Origin: Phaeosaccion multiseriatum
Lineage: Eukaryota > Protista > Ochrophyta, other classes
NCBI GenBank assembly: GCA_965112735.1
Contig: OZ218951.1
Coordinates: 4,774,001 to 4,838,000, forward strand
Length of the DNA: 64,000 nucleotides
Direction: 5' to 3'
Shown: one piece after another, positions 13,701 to 26,538 of the stretch
Layout: each line of letters starts with the position of its first letter
Numbering within the stretch: the stretch's first letter is position 1
Made by a program: the position numbers and the translations under genes
The notes under the pieces: model-generated
Databases searched by the model: none
What the model was told of the DNA's origin: nothing
The model's input: only the letters and a program-made list of their open reading frames with translations

Positions 13701-16700
13701 GAGGGAAGGAGGGAGGAAGGGAGAGAGGAAGGAGAAGAGAGAGAGAAATAGAGGGACGTAGGAAATGGGGATGGGGATGGGAGCGTAGTCGAGGAGGCGT
13801 ATGATGGATGGTGCGTTTGGGTTGTGCGTACGTAAGTCAACAAGGGCGGGGTGGGTGGTGAAGGAGGGGGAGAAAGATGCCTGCCTGTCTGTTTGCTCTC
13901 TTCCGTCAGCTTTCCCTTGCCTCTCTCGCCCCTCCCTAATCCCCCCTGTCTGCTTGCTCTCTTCCGTCAGCTTTCCCTCTGTCGCCCCTCTCTCGCCCCT
14001 CCTGTCCCCTGGACCCCTCCTTCTCCCCTGCCGAAGTGACTGTGTGTATGTACGTAAGTGTATACGTATGTGCACGAATGTATGTATGTACGTACCTTGA
14101 GCATGAGCTGCAGCACATACAGCAGCTGCGAGACTGTGGGACACGGTGAGGGGGGGAGGGGGGGAGGGGAGGGGGAGAAGGTGGGTTTTTTTATGTGTGT
14201 GTGTGTGGATGCGTGTATGTGTGGATGGGTGCGTGGATGTGAGTACATACACATACGTGAGTAAGGGTGTATGTGTGCTTCCTCCCTCCCTCCCTCCCTC
14301 CCTCCCCCTCTTACCATCGCTAAGTTCGGAGGCCTGTCCGTTGGGGCCCAGGAGGTCCTCAAGTTCCCCCACCGCCGACACGAGCCCGTCCAGAGTGGTC
14401 CCTCTCTGTGGCATACCCGGCATCTCCGCCAGCAAATCATCCCAAAACTTCCTCCCCGCCGCCGGCCCCAACACCTGCCCCTCCCCAGCTATCCCAGCTA
14501 TCCCAGCCCCAGCCCCAGCAGTGGGTGGTACAGCAGCAGCAGCAGGAGAAGCAGGAGAAGCATCAGCCCCACCCGCCCTCCTGCCCCCCAGCAGCTTCCA
14601 AGACTTCACTTCCTCATCCTGCGGGGGCGGCCGACTGTCTCCCCCCCCCCAGCCCCTTCCCCTCACCCCCCCGCCCCACCCTGCCGCTGCGGTTGCCGAC
14701 ATGAGGGTGGTCGCTCTGGCGTGTTTCAGAGTAAACTCCAACAAATGGTCAACAAACACACCCAACTCTCTAGCCAGGTCTCGAACCCGCGCCGCCTTGG
14801 CCTCGTCCGGTTCCTCCCCAAGCGCATCCAACACACCGTCCATCTCGTCCACATCCATGCCATGATGGCGACGACGATCCTGGTGGTCAGAGTCGTGCTC
14901 GTCCTCATCACCACTGTTCTCCTCCTCTCCCCCTTTCTCTTCTTCTTCGCCGTTTCCTCCTCTCGTTCTCCCATATCTGTGGCGCTGAAGGGAACAGACG
15001 TAAGCTGCCATCCTTTGCAAATCGTTCTCGCTGAGACTGATCGTTCCAGCTTCCCTGAGCACACGTCACACAAAGCAGCAACAGAGGGGTGTGAGGACAG
15101 ACAGATGTGTGTGCGTGTGTGTATGTGCGTGTGTGTATGTGCGTGTGTGTATGTGTGTGTGCGCGTTTGCGTGGGTGTACGTATGTTAGTGTGCGTGTGT
15201 GTGGATGTATGCGTGTGTGTGTGCGCGCGTGTGTGTGTGTGTGTGTGCGTCTTTGACGTGGCTCGATCGGCAGAAAGAAACAAGACAAAAGGCAAGAAGA
15301 GAGAGAGAGAGAGAAGGCTACCCACCTACACACACACTCACACACACACACCCACGCACACACCCACGCCCCCTCCCACACACACGCGTTGGTGATACAC
15401 ACACCTGCAGGTGGCCTCAACGTTGTGAGCCTCGTCGATGATGACGATGGTGTTGTTGAGGTCGATCTTCATCCGTGAGCGTATGGTCTCATCCACAATG
15501 TAGTTATACGGGCAGAACACGATGGCGGCGTCTTTGAACAGCGCCTGTCAGTCAATCAGTCAGTCAATCAGTCAGTCAATGAAGGTGCGTAAGTCAATGA
15601 ATGTAGGGATGGGTGCACCGAGAGAGTTTTGAGTTCAAGTTTCGACTTCAAGCTCCGAGTAGTGGGGGTCTAGTCTCCTTGAGCCAGTCTCTCTTACGTA
15701 ATCTTACCTGAGACATGTAGTAGGGACAGCCCAGCACAGGCAGTTCCTCCTCCTCTCGCTGGAGCCTCTCCATCTCGCGTGGAGACCCCGTGCTCCGCCT
15801 CTCGGCCTCCTCCACGGCTGATGTATGCATATCGTAATTACGCGGTCCTATGCTATCATCACCATTGGCGCCGCTTCCTCCGCCACAGCCGCGGCAGCTC
15901 CCGGGCCCTCCGCCTGAGCCACACCCCCTCACTGCCCCTCCTCTTGTCACTCCTGCTCCTGCTCCTCCTGTTCCTGCTCCTCCTGCCCCTCCTCCTGCTG
16001 ATGCTGCGGCTGCTGTTGCTGCTGCTACTACTGCTGCTGCTCCAGCGGCGGCGCAAGCTGTTGCAGCCGCTGTGGCGTTGGCAGCGGCTGATGCGGTCAC
16101 TGCGGCTTGAGTGGGGCCTGCCTCCATTCTCCTGGCGGTGGCGACAGCTGTGGCGAGGGAAGTAGCAGTCGCCTTCGCCGCCGCTGCAGTCATCTGCAAG
16201 CTTGCCGCGCTGTGTCGTGCCAGCATGCCCTACAGGCCAGGTCAGATAAGTTCAGTTCAGTTCAAGAGAGAGGGAGGAAGGGAGGGAGGGAGGGAGGGAG
16301 GGAGGGAGAGAGGGAGACCGAGTGAGGGAGGGAGGGCCTTGCACGGAATGCACTGCCACGCAAACGCACACCCAACCTCTCAGCACTCAAACTCACTCAC
16401 TCAACCCACTCACCCCTACAGCACAGGCACTCTCCACTGACTTAGCCGTCGCCCCCAGCACTGTGGCACTTGTGCTGACTTACTCACCCTTGCGTCTCTA
16501 CCCAAGTTGGCGAGATCTTCAATGTCGAACACGCCCATCTCAGAGCCGCCCTGCAGCCGAGGAGCGGGCCGAGAGAACTCGTGTAGGGAGTCAGCCAGTC
16601 TATCGGGAATCGACAGGGAGGGAGGGAGGGAGGGAGGAAGGATGGAAGGAAGGATGGAAGGGAGCGAGGGAGGGAGGGAGGGAGGATGGAAGGAAGAATG

Positions 16701-17436
16701 GAAGGGAGGGAGGGAGGGAGGGAGGGAGGGGGAGAAGAATAAAGACAACAAAAAGACTAAAGAGAGAATGTATACCGCAATGCAAGGAAACGGTTTGAGC
16801 ACCCCACGCCTCTCCTCCAGTTAGTACCAACCCACCGACTCACCTGGGCATGGAGAGAGCCCGGTAGAAGGGGCAGCCAATCGACTTATCCTCTCTCTTG
16901 TCCACATCCATCTGCCCCTCTCTGATCCATCTAAGATCATTCTGCATATGCTCCAAATTCTTCTCCTTGTTGTCAGTCCTGCTCCTCTTCTGCCGATCCA
17001 CCGCCCCCTTCAGAGCCGAGCAGGCAGGAAGCATGGCCGCACCAGAGAGCCCCCTGCCCGGCGCCCGACGCACCGCTGCCCCCCCCATTCGATTCTGTCC
17101 CCTCCCACCACCCCTGCCACCGCCACCACCACCAACGCGGCTCCTCCCCCAAGCCGCTCCCTCTCGTGGTATCGAGCTTGCATCGTCTTCCTCATCCTCA
17201 TCCTCATCCTCGTCCTCGTCCGTGCCCAGCCTTCCCAGTCCTGGGTTGTCGGGGTCCCATGGCTTGCCGGTGAGGGCGGGGTGAACACAGAGGTGTCTGC
17301 GGGAGCCGAGCAGGGCCATGGTGGGGCGGTAGGGGGTCTGGGAGAGGGCTCGGGACAGCTGCTTCACCTGTTGGTGGTTCGGTTGGTTGGTTTGTGTGCC
17401 ACACGTCACACGCCCACGCGGACAGGCACAGGGATT

Positions 17437-17467
<31 letters not shown>

Positions 17468-17468
17468 T

Positions 17469-17513
<45 letters not shown>

Positions 17514-19689
17514 AAAAGAAAGTGGCGGCAGGAATCTAGGGCCTTACGCAAAATCGACGCGGGGAAAGAGAATCACACCACACCTCTGCCCTCTCTACTA
17601 AAGCCCCGTTCGGCACATTCGTGTGGATGCTGCCATAGAGTGCCATAGAGAGAGAGAGAGGGATTGCCATTCTTTATGACTGTCGTTAACGATCGATGAG
17701 ACAACACGTTAACGAGGACGATGTAACCTTCCCAACCCCGACCCCAAAACCTTAGTTTCCATTCCCAATTACCTGTGCGTGTGTCCTGGAGCAAAAGATG
17801 ATCTGCGGGGCCTCTCCTTCCCCTGCAAGTGCCAAGTGCCGCTGATAGGCCAGCGCAGCGCACAACAAAGCGACACTCTTGCCTGTGCCTGAGGGTGGGT
17901 AGGGTGAGGGGTGAGGGGTGAGGGGTGAGGGGTGAGGGGTGAGGGGACAGAGTGAGGGGCTAGTGTAAGGCATAGGGGGGTTGGGTGGGGGACTGGAGGA
18001 AGGGTGAAGTGAGGTTGATAACGGTAAGGTGCAGCACAGAGAGCAAGGTCAGCAGCCAGCCAACACTCTCTCTCACCCTCTCTCCCCCTCTCTCTCCCTT
18101 TTCCTTCCGTGAACCAATGTACCTACGAACTTATGTACCTACCTGTAGGGCTGTCGATGAGCAAGTGCTTGCCCGTCAGGAAGGCCTTGAGAGCCCGATC
18201 CATCATGAGGCGTTGGGGCTGCATGGGCTTACGGAAGGGAAAGTGCACTTTGACTCCGTTCATCATGAGCTCGCACTGGGCCTTGGACGGAACGATGGGG
18301 CAGGGGGGGCGAAGGCCGGGCTGCTGACGAGCCAGCTGGAGGTGGGGGATGGGTGTGGGTGGATGAGTGGGTGCGGATGGGTGGGTGTGGATGGGTGGGT
18401 GTGGATGGTGTGGATGGTATAGGTGGGTGTGGGCGTGGGTGGGTGGGGGGGGTGGGTCGGGTCAGTGACAAGAAGGGAAGGGAAGGGAAGAGGAGAATAT
18501 CGCCTCTCCCTCCACACTCCGTACATACACACACTAACATACACACACGCACACACATGCACACACACATACCCACACATACACACACACACACATACCC
18601 ACACATACACACATACGCACGCACAAATACACACACATACATCCGCCCACGCACACATGCACACACGTATGGCATCGACATCGATATCGTATACATCGAT
18701 ATATCGACATCTCGACACCAAATACATCGACATCGATATCGTATACATCCATATATCGACATCTCGACACCAAATATAACGTACCCGCGCGGCGGTCGGC
18801 CCTCTGAAGCCCAGACCCCTCCTGTCATCGGGGCGTCTCTGAAGCATGAGCATCCTCTGAAGGCCCTCTGTACTCGCCGAGTAGCCCTCCTGTATCGACC
18901 GATTGTTGGTGTGTCCTGCTGCTGTATCACTAACTGCTGTACGACCACCTGCCGCCGCCATGTTCCGGAGCAGTGTTCCTCCGATGCCTCTCTCGTACCT
19001 CTCCCACACGCCCAGGCCGGCAAGGTCGATCGCCATTGCACCACCATCACGACCACCACCACCACCACCACCACCACCACCACCAGCAGCAGCAGCAGCA
19101 TCAGGGGGGCCCTCCTCCCGAGACGCGGCGACAGAGGCCTTGACCCAAGCAGCCCTTCCTGCCCCTGCCGAGGCAGAGGCGGCATTGGCTCTCCTCCTGG
19201 CCTCCTCTTCCTCGTCCCCCTGCGCCCTCAGCAGGCCCTCCATATACCGCACATTGTCCTTCACAAGAGACTCCCTCAGGCGATCGCCGAGGATCTTCGT
19301 CACCGATGAACTTCGGGCCAAGTCGGTGCTAACGGCCCCAAGGAGATCTTCTGCTGCCCTCACGGGCTCGCCGTCTCGAGGTTTGTTTCGCCTCCGACGA
19401 GCTTCCTCCTCTTCTTTCTCCTTCGCCACAGCAATGGCCACAGCATCAACGGCCACCCTGCCCCCGTCCTCTCCACCCTCTCCAGCTGCCAAGGCATCTG
19501 CCTCCACTGCTGCCACAAAGCCGCCCCTCGCGCCTCCTGCCAGGGTGCCGTTGCTCCACGGGTACTCCGGGTGCGACGCTTGCGCAGGAGCAGCAGGAGA
19601 ATCACCAGCAACAACAGCAGCAGTAGCAGACGCACTAGCAGCAGCAGCAAAAGCGCCAGCAGCAGCAGGCTCTCCGGGAGGCCCTACTC

Positions 19690-19727
<38 letters not shown>

Positions 19728-20566
19728 ACAGACTGGGTGGAATCTTCCCGCCCCCCTTGGTTGCGTCCTCTCAGCGGCGGCGGGGAGCCTCCTTCTACCT
19801 CTATATCATCGACGATGCTCACCCTTGCCGGAGGATTGGCACTGCGCCCCCCTCCCTCCTCCATAATGTCCTCCTCTTCCTGCAGAAGGCCTTCCAGCTC
19901 ATCGTCGTCAAAGCCTCCTCCTCCTCCTCCTCCTCCTCCACCACCACCTCCACCTCCTCCACCTCCTCCTCCTCCTCCTCCTCCTCCTCCTCCTCCTGCT
20001 CCTCCTGCTCCTGCTCCTCCTCCGCCTGCTCCTCCTGCTCCTGCTCCTGCTCCTCCTTGCGCAGCTCCTCTCGGGTAGTGTTCTCCTCCTACCGCTGCTG
20101 GCGACGATCCCCGCGCGAGCACTAACTGCTGTGCCATGGTAAGGACGTTCAGCTGGAGATGTTTGCAAAAGAGGGAGGAGGAAGAGGAGAAGGAGCAGGA
20201 GAAGGAGCGGGAGGAGGAGGAGGAGGAGGAGGAAGAAGAAGAAGCGGTCAGCAGCGCAGCAGTTCAGCAGTTGGCCTCACACATGGAGCCTTAATTCACT
20301 CCCCTTGTCGGGCACATGCCACAACTACTGCCCTCAGCTCAGGTCTGCTCCTGCCCATCCTCACCTCATTCTCGACAACATCAGCGGAAGTGGAAGCTGA
20401 GGTAGCAGCAACAGCCCCGCCATTTGACAACGCCAGAACTCTCCCTGCAAGCTTGTCCACCAGGCTGACCCGAATAGCATCAGTTAGGGGCGGGGTAGCC
20501 GCGACGGGCGAGCGCAGGGCATCGAGAAGCGATGCAGTGGTGCGGGAAGCGTGGACCCAGTACTCC

Positions 20567-20604
<38 letters not shown>

Positions 20605-21180
20605 GCGGGGTGGGGTGAAGATGTGGCGGGGTGGTAGAGTCACGGCTCGTGAGGGGGAAGCAACGGTACTTGCCGTTGTGGTTCGGGCAGGAGAAGGAGT
20701 GCGTGAGGCGTATGGATTGGTGCGAAGCTGCCGCTGATGATGCTGCGGCTGCTCCTGGTCTTGCTGCCGCCGCGAGTATAGCTGTTCTCCGGGAGCGCCG
20801 TTGCTCTGCTCGGGTGATGCGTAAGGTCGAAGAGTGCCCCAAGGTGAGGCCTGATCCTCTGCGGAGAAAGGCTGTGTTGATTGATCCTCTGAGGAGGAAA
20901 AAGGCTGCGTGGACTGCTCCGAGTACAAAGCTTCCTCTTCTCCTCCTCCTCCCCCTCCTCCTTCTCCTCCTTCTCCTCCTCCTTCTCGCCCCTCTCCCAC
21001 TGCTGCTGCTGCTACTACTGCCACTGCTGCTACTGCTGCTGCTGTCGCCGCTGCTAGCATGTTTCGCTTGCTCCTGATCCTCTTGCCGCCAGGCTTCCCT
21101 CCACTTCTCCTGCTTGGTATTCTTGAGCAAGTCTCCCGCTCGTGTCCATACGTAGAAGCTGAGATCTCGAGTAGACCTGG
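10792..21180 (-). CDS. FANCJ(BRIP1)/RTEL1-type Rad3/XPD-family Fe-S 5'-3' DNA helicase with N-terminal G-patch; multi-exon; 5' end uncertain
   Basis: Motifs in order: VHFPF..PQ (Q motif), DSPT|GTGKS (Walker A split by an intron at 18143/17888), SRTHAQ, four Fe-S Cys (HLCVH, PACS, GCPFY, GCPYY), [52 protein letters not shown]. The upstream exons 20152..18785 and ~21177..20365 splice in phase. Confidence 0.9.
11020..11118. repeat. Coding 33-bp tandem repeat x3 ([11 protein letters not shown]) in the helicase C-terminal tail
   Basis: aaaggctgctgttgttgcctgctgctgctgtct is repeated three times. Confidence 0.9.
12295..12718. repeat. Intronic 7-bp satellite (GGGCAGA/GGACAGA)n
   Basis: About 60 copies of alternating 7-mer variants inside a helicase intron. 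Confidence 0.95.
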
Positions 21181-21670
21181 GTTTGGGAGAGAGAAAGAGA
21201 GGGGGAGAGGCAGGGGGGGAGGGGATGGACACAAGAGGAAAGGTGGTGGTCAGAGGTCAGGAGAAGGAGACTTCCCGTCAATGTTCTCATACAGACCCAA
21301 CATATTGTAAGCTTTCACACCTTGTGCTCGTCAGTTAGGAATAAGACAGGAGAAAAGAAGGGGAAGGGGAAATGAAATGGAGAGGAGAGGGGGGTCCTCC
21401 TCCTTGTATACGTGTGTTGGTTCTTCAGCTGGGGACATTTTTTATTTTTTCAATTTTTATTTTTTTGTTTTTTTTATTTGTTGTGTGTTTTTGTTTCCTC
21501 GGCCCCTCCACCACTAAATCAAAATACAAAGTTATCTCTCTCAATTTGGCCATCCCACGCTGACCTCTATTCTGCCCCAACACGACTCTGTGCAAGTCTA
21601 ACGAGTGCCATTCTCGTCCCCTTCCTTCCCAACGCCCTGGCCACACCGCAGGCGAGAGGTGCCCCTTTCA

Positions 21671-23502
21671 TCATGCCATCTCCTCCGCCACCTCCTGCAG
21701 CACCCCAGGGCTGACCTCTCTCTGCGACACCTTCAGCCTCCCTTCCTTGCCAAAGAGAAGGTCAGTGCCCCGCATCAGGTCCAACGCGCTCTGTGACGCA
21801 AAGTGATGCCTGTCCGCGGCAAGGAGGAATTCAACAGATGCTTCATCGCAATAACTTCGTGCCTGAGTCAGAGCCTTTGACAGTGAGGCCCCTCCCGAGA
21901 GCAGCTCCAGCGCCGCCCCGCTGTGGCCTTGTTGTGCCGCACAAAACAAGGGAGTCAAACCGATAGTGCTATCATTGTCAGGATCAGCCCCCGCAGACAG
22001 CAGCACACGGACCACTGCCTCATGGCACTCCCCAGCAGCCATGAGCAAAGCTGTCAACCCATGACCATCGAGCACCCCCACGTCAGCACCTCCTGAGATG
22101 AGCTCCTCCACGACATGAGCATGGCCCTGGGCACATGCAAAATGTATCGCTCCATACCCGTCGCCACTGATCGCATTCACGTCTGCCCCAGCCCTAAGCA
22201 GCTTCCGCACAATGCTTCTGTGCCCTTCCCTCGACGCTCCCATCAACGCACTTCTCCCCCCCTCGCCGTTAAGGCTGTCGAGGTCCGCGCCGGCAGCGAT
22301 GAGCTGATCCACCACAAGGCCGTGTCCATCTCCGCTTGCAGTATAGAGCGGAAACAATCCGCTGTGGCCTCCCAAATTCACATCTGCCCCGGAGGTAAGC
22401 AGCAGCTGTGTGACCCTGTGGTGTCCCATTTTTGCGGCAATGCACAAGGGGGTGCGGCCATCAAGATCCAAGTGGTTGGGATCAGCGCCGGCCGACAGCA
22501 GCTGCTGCACCGTCGCAAGATGTCCTTCCTGGGAGGCTGCGATCAAGGCCGTAAAACCTTCCGAATCTGTCTTATCGACCTCCGCGCCGGCTGACAGCAG
22601 CTGCTGCACCACCGCACGACGCCCTTCCTGGGAGGCATATATCAAGGCCGTAAAGCCTCCAGATGCTGTCTTGTCGACCTCCGCGCCGGCTGAGAGCAGC
22701 TGCTGCACCACTCTTTCATGTCCTCCATGTGAGACTCTATGGAGGGCTGTACTTCCCTTCATATTTGCCCAGTCCACCTCTGCACCCGCCGCTAGCAGCT
22801 GCCGCACCACTGCATAATGTCCTTCCTGGGACGCCAATATCAAGGCGGTTAAGCCTTCCGAACCTGCCTTGTCGACCTCCGCGCCGGCTGACAGCAGCTG
22901 CCCGACAACTCTTTCATGCCCTTTAAGTGAGGCTGAAATGAGGGCTGTACCCCCCGTCATATTTGCCCAGTCCACCTCTGCACCTGCCGACAGCAGCTGC
23001 TGCACCACCGCATCATTTCCTTCCCAGGAGGCCACCATGAGAGCCGTAGTTCCGTCTGTCGTTACTGCATTCACGTCCGCACCAGGAGAGAGAAGCAGTG
23101 GTACAACAGCAGCAGCATCCTTCACCACCTTACATGCCAACATTAGCGCAGTCAACCCGCGCACACGATTTGCAGCATTCGGCGACGCCCCCTCTTGCAG
23201 CAGAAGAGCTATGATGTCCACCCTCCCATTATGTATAGCTCCGGTCAGGGGAGAGTATCCGCTCTCATCGTAGGGCTCGTCCAAGCATGCCTTCCTCCCT
23301 CCGTTTTTAGCGACAAGGGCTCTTACCGCCGCTTCCACCTTTTTGACCCTCTGGCCACTTATGATGGCTTCCCGCAGAAGGGTGGCCTGCCACACGGAGC
23401 AAAGCAGCAGCGCGAGAAAAAGGAGGGGGGACATGAATGGACAGAGCGAGTGCTTCATCATGGGGGGGGGGGCTTTACCTCAGTGCTGAAGGCCCTTTGC
23501 AT
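21671..23502 (-). CDS. Ankyrin-repeat protein ANK3 (14 repeats), join(23502..23479, 23386..21671)
   Basis: Exon 1 encodes MQRAFSTE followed by gtaaag; the acceptor is gcag|GCC. Open exon 2 has 14 ankyrin repeats and the C-cap ADRHHFASQSALDLMRGTDLLFGKE...EEMA. Confidence 0.93.
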
Positions 23503-24345
23503 GGTACCGGTTGAGCAAAGCAGAAAGAGAGAGGCGCGGTAAGAGCAGCGGCACAGAGAGCTGTCTGACTGGGGCAGTGTAGTGGACTTGGGAGATGTGT
23601 GATGAGATGAAAAGGGAGAAAGTTGAAATATGTCAAGGGGAACCTGTAACAACTGTGCGACCATTTTCTGAACGCACTCTCTCGACTCTCGCGCTGTGCC
23701 CCTTCCTCCTTGACGCACGCACTCATGTATCAGCATCCGCGCGGAGAGGGTCCTGGACCGAGGTCTGATTCACTTTAATCGCGACACAGGGAGGGGAAAG
23801 GGGCATCTGCTGCCTTCACTTCATCATGGACACTCAAACTGTAATAAATTATTATATGCTCCACCACTTTCAGCGAGCCTCTGCCTTGGAAGCTCCGAGG
23901 AAACCTTCCTCCTCCTCTCCCCTGCCCTCGGTAGCCCCAACTTTGCTCATGCGGGGCGTTGGGGGCAGCACCCAGGGGGGCAGCATGGCATGCCTTGGAG
24001 GGGGGTCACAAGCAACGGAACCACAGAACAAAGGGGGGAAGGGTCTCTCCTTCGCCTCCACGTGTGTAACTCTTTCATTGGCGTTTATGGAAAAGCAAGG
24101 TCACCCCGCCACTTCCAAGGACACCCTGGGGGGAGAGGGGAGTTGCTCTCCCCTTGGTCCTCCTGCCTACCCCACTGCCCCTTCATGCTGACGCACCATT
24201 CCGCATGGGCATGCCCACTCCCTCAACACCCTCTCACTCAAACTCAAACAATTCTCATGCCAAGAGCCCCTTCCTTTTCGTCCTCGCCCTTAGCTAGGGC
24301 AACACCCGCCGTCCTTCCCACCGCAGGCGAGAGACGCCCCTTTCA

Positions 24346-26003
24346 TCATGCCATCTCCTCCGCCACCTCCTGCAGCACCTCAGGGCTAAGCTCTCTCTGC
24401 GACACCTTCAGCCTCCCTTCCTTGCCAAAGAGAAGGTCAGTGCCCCGCATCAGGTCCAGCGCGGTCTGTGACGCAAAGTGATGTCTGTCCGCGGCCAGAA
24501 GGAACTCGATCGCTGCTACATCGTTATCAGCTCGCGCTTGAGTCAGAGCCTTTCCCAGTGAGGCCCCTCCCGAGAGCAGCTCCAGCGCCGCCCCGCTGTG
24601 GCCTTGTTGTGCCGCACAAAACAAGGGCGTTCCAAGAGTGTGTTTGCCGCCATTGTCAGGATCAGCCCACGCAGACAGCAGCACACGGACCACTGCCTCA
24701 TGGCCCTTCCCAGCAGCCATGAGCAAAGCTGTTGAATCGTAAATAGCAGTAGCCAGCATCTCCACGTCGCCCCCTCCTGAGATGAGCTCCTCCACGACGC
24801 GAGCATGGCCGTCTGCAGCTGCCAAGTGTATCGCTCCATACCCGTCGCCACTGATCACATTCACCTCTGCCCCAGCCCTGAGCAGCTTCCGCACAATGCT
24901 TCTGTGCCCTCCCAAAGACGCTCCCATCAACGCACTTCTCCCCCTCTCACCACTACGGCTTTCGAGTTCCGCGCCGGCTGCGATGAGCTGCTCCACCACA
25001 AGGCCATGTCCATGATCGCTTGCAGCATTGAGCGGAAACCATCCGCTGTGGCCTCCCAAATTCACATCTGCCCCGGAGGTAAGCAGCAGCTGTGTGACCC
25101 TGTGGTGTCCCATTTCTGCGGCAATGCACAAGGGGGTGCGGCCATGAAGATCCAAGTGGTTGGGATCAGCGCCGGCCGACAGCAGCTGCTGCACCGTCGC
25201 AAGATGTCCATTGTGGGAGGCCATTAGCAACGCCGTATAGCCTTCGGACTCTGTCTTATCGACCTCCGCGCCGGCTGAGAGCAGCTGCTGCACCACCGCA
25301 CGATGCCCTTCCTGGGAGGCATATAACAAGGCCGTAAAGCCTCCAGATGCTGTCTTGTCGACCTCCGCGCCGGCTGAGAGCAGCTGCTGAACCACTCTTT
25401 CATGTCCTCTATGTGAGACTATATGGAGGGCTGTACATCCCTTCATATTTGCCAAGTCCACCTCTGCACCCGCCGACAGCAGCTGCTGCACCACCACCAC
25501 GGACCCTCGCCGGGAGGCCACCATGAGAGCCGTAGTTCCCTCTGTCATTACTGCATTCACGTCCGCACCAGCAGAGAGAAGCAGTGGTACAACAGCAGCA
25601 GCATCCTTCACCACCTTACATGCCAACATTAGCGCAGTCAACCCGCCCACACGATTTGCAGAATTCGGCGACGCCCCCTCTTGCAGCAGAAGAGCTATGA
25701 TGTCCACCCTCCCATTATGTATAGCTCCGGTCAGGGGACACCACCCTCTCTCATCGAAGGGCTCGTCCAAGCATGCCTTCCTCCCTCCGTTTTTAGCGAC
25801 GAGGGCTCTCACCGCCGCTTCCACCTTTTTTACCCTCTGGCCACTTATGATGGCCTCCCGCAGAAGGGTGGCCTGCCACAAGGAGCAGCAGCACGAGAGT
25901 AAGAGGGGGGGATGCATGGGCAGAGCGAGTGAGTGCGTCGTTCGAGTGGGGGGACAAGGGGGGGGGGGGGGGGCTTTACCTCAGTGCTGAAGGCCCTTTG
26001 CAT
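24346..26003 (-). CDS. Ankyrin-repeat protein ANK4 (12 repeats), join(26003..25980, 25872..24346)
   Basis: Exon 1 (MQRAFSTE) is identical to that of ANK3. It is a tandem paralogue with two fewer repeats and an open frame. Confidence 0.93.
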
Positions 26004-26538
26004 GGTACCGGTTGAACAAAGCAGAAAGAAAGAGGCGCGGTAAGAGCAGCGGCACAGAGAGCTGTCTGACTGGGGCAGTGTAGTAGTGGAGGGGAGGAGG
26101 GGAATGAAGAAGATTGGGTTGCCTAAAAGTAACGACTTAAACCGCCCCGGGGATTTAGGCTTCCAGGCGCGTCAGTCTCGGAAGCGAAGCAAAGGTACGC
26201 AGTGGATGCCAGCAAGTGGGGAGGGAAACTCGATATGTCAATGGGAACCTGTAGCAACCCTCGATCCCATTCTGGATCGATCGGCCGTCGAGGACGGGAG
26301 CCTCACCCGAGATACCGCCGAGCTGCACCTCCCTCTCTCCTGGGTTAACCTGCGCGCCCACCTCGGAAGCGGATCGACAGCGACATGAGGCCACCTTCGA
26401 CAACGGACTCGACTCGCCCAGGGCACAACGCACCCTCCAGAAGGTCCTCGCTCCACAACGACGCACCGCGTTTCAAGACTCGCTGGAGACGCTCCCCGAC
26501 GACGCGACAGCGGCTGACACCGGCATGGAGCCAGCAGA

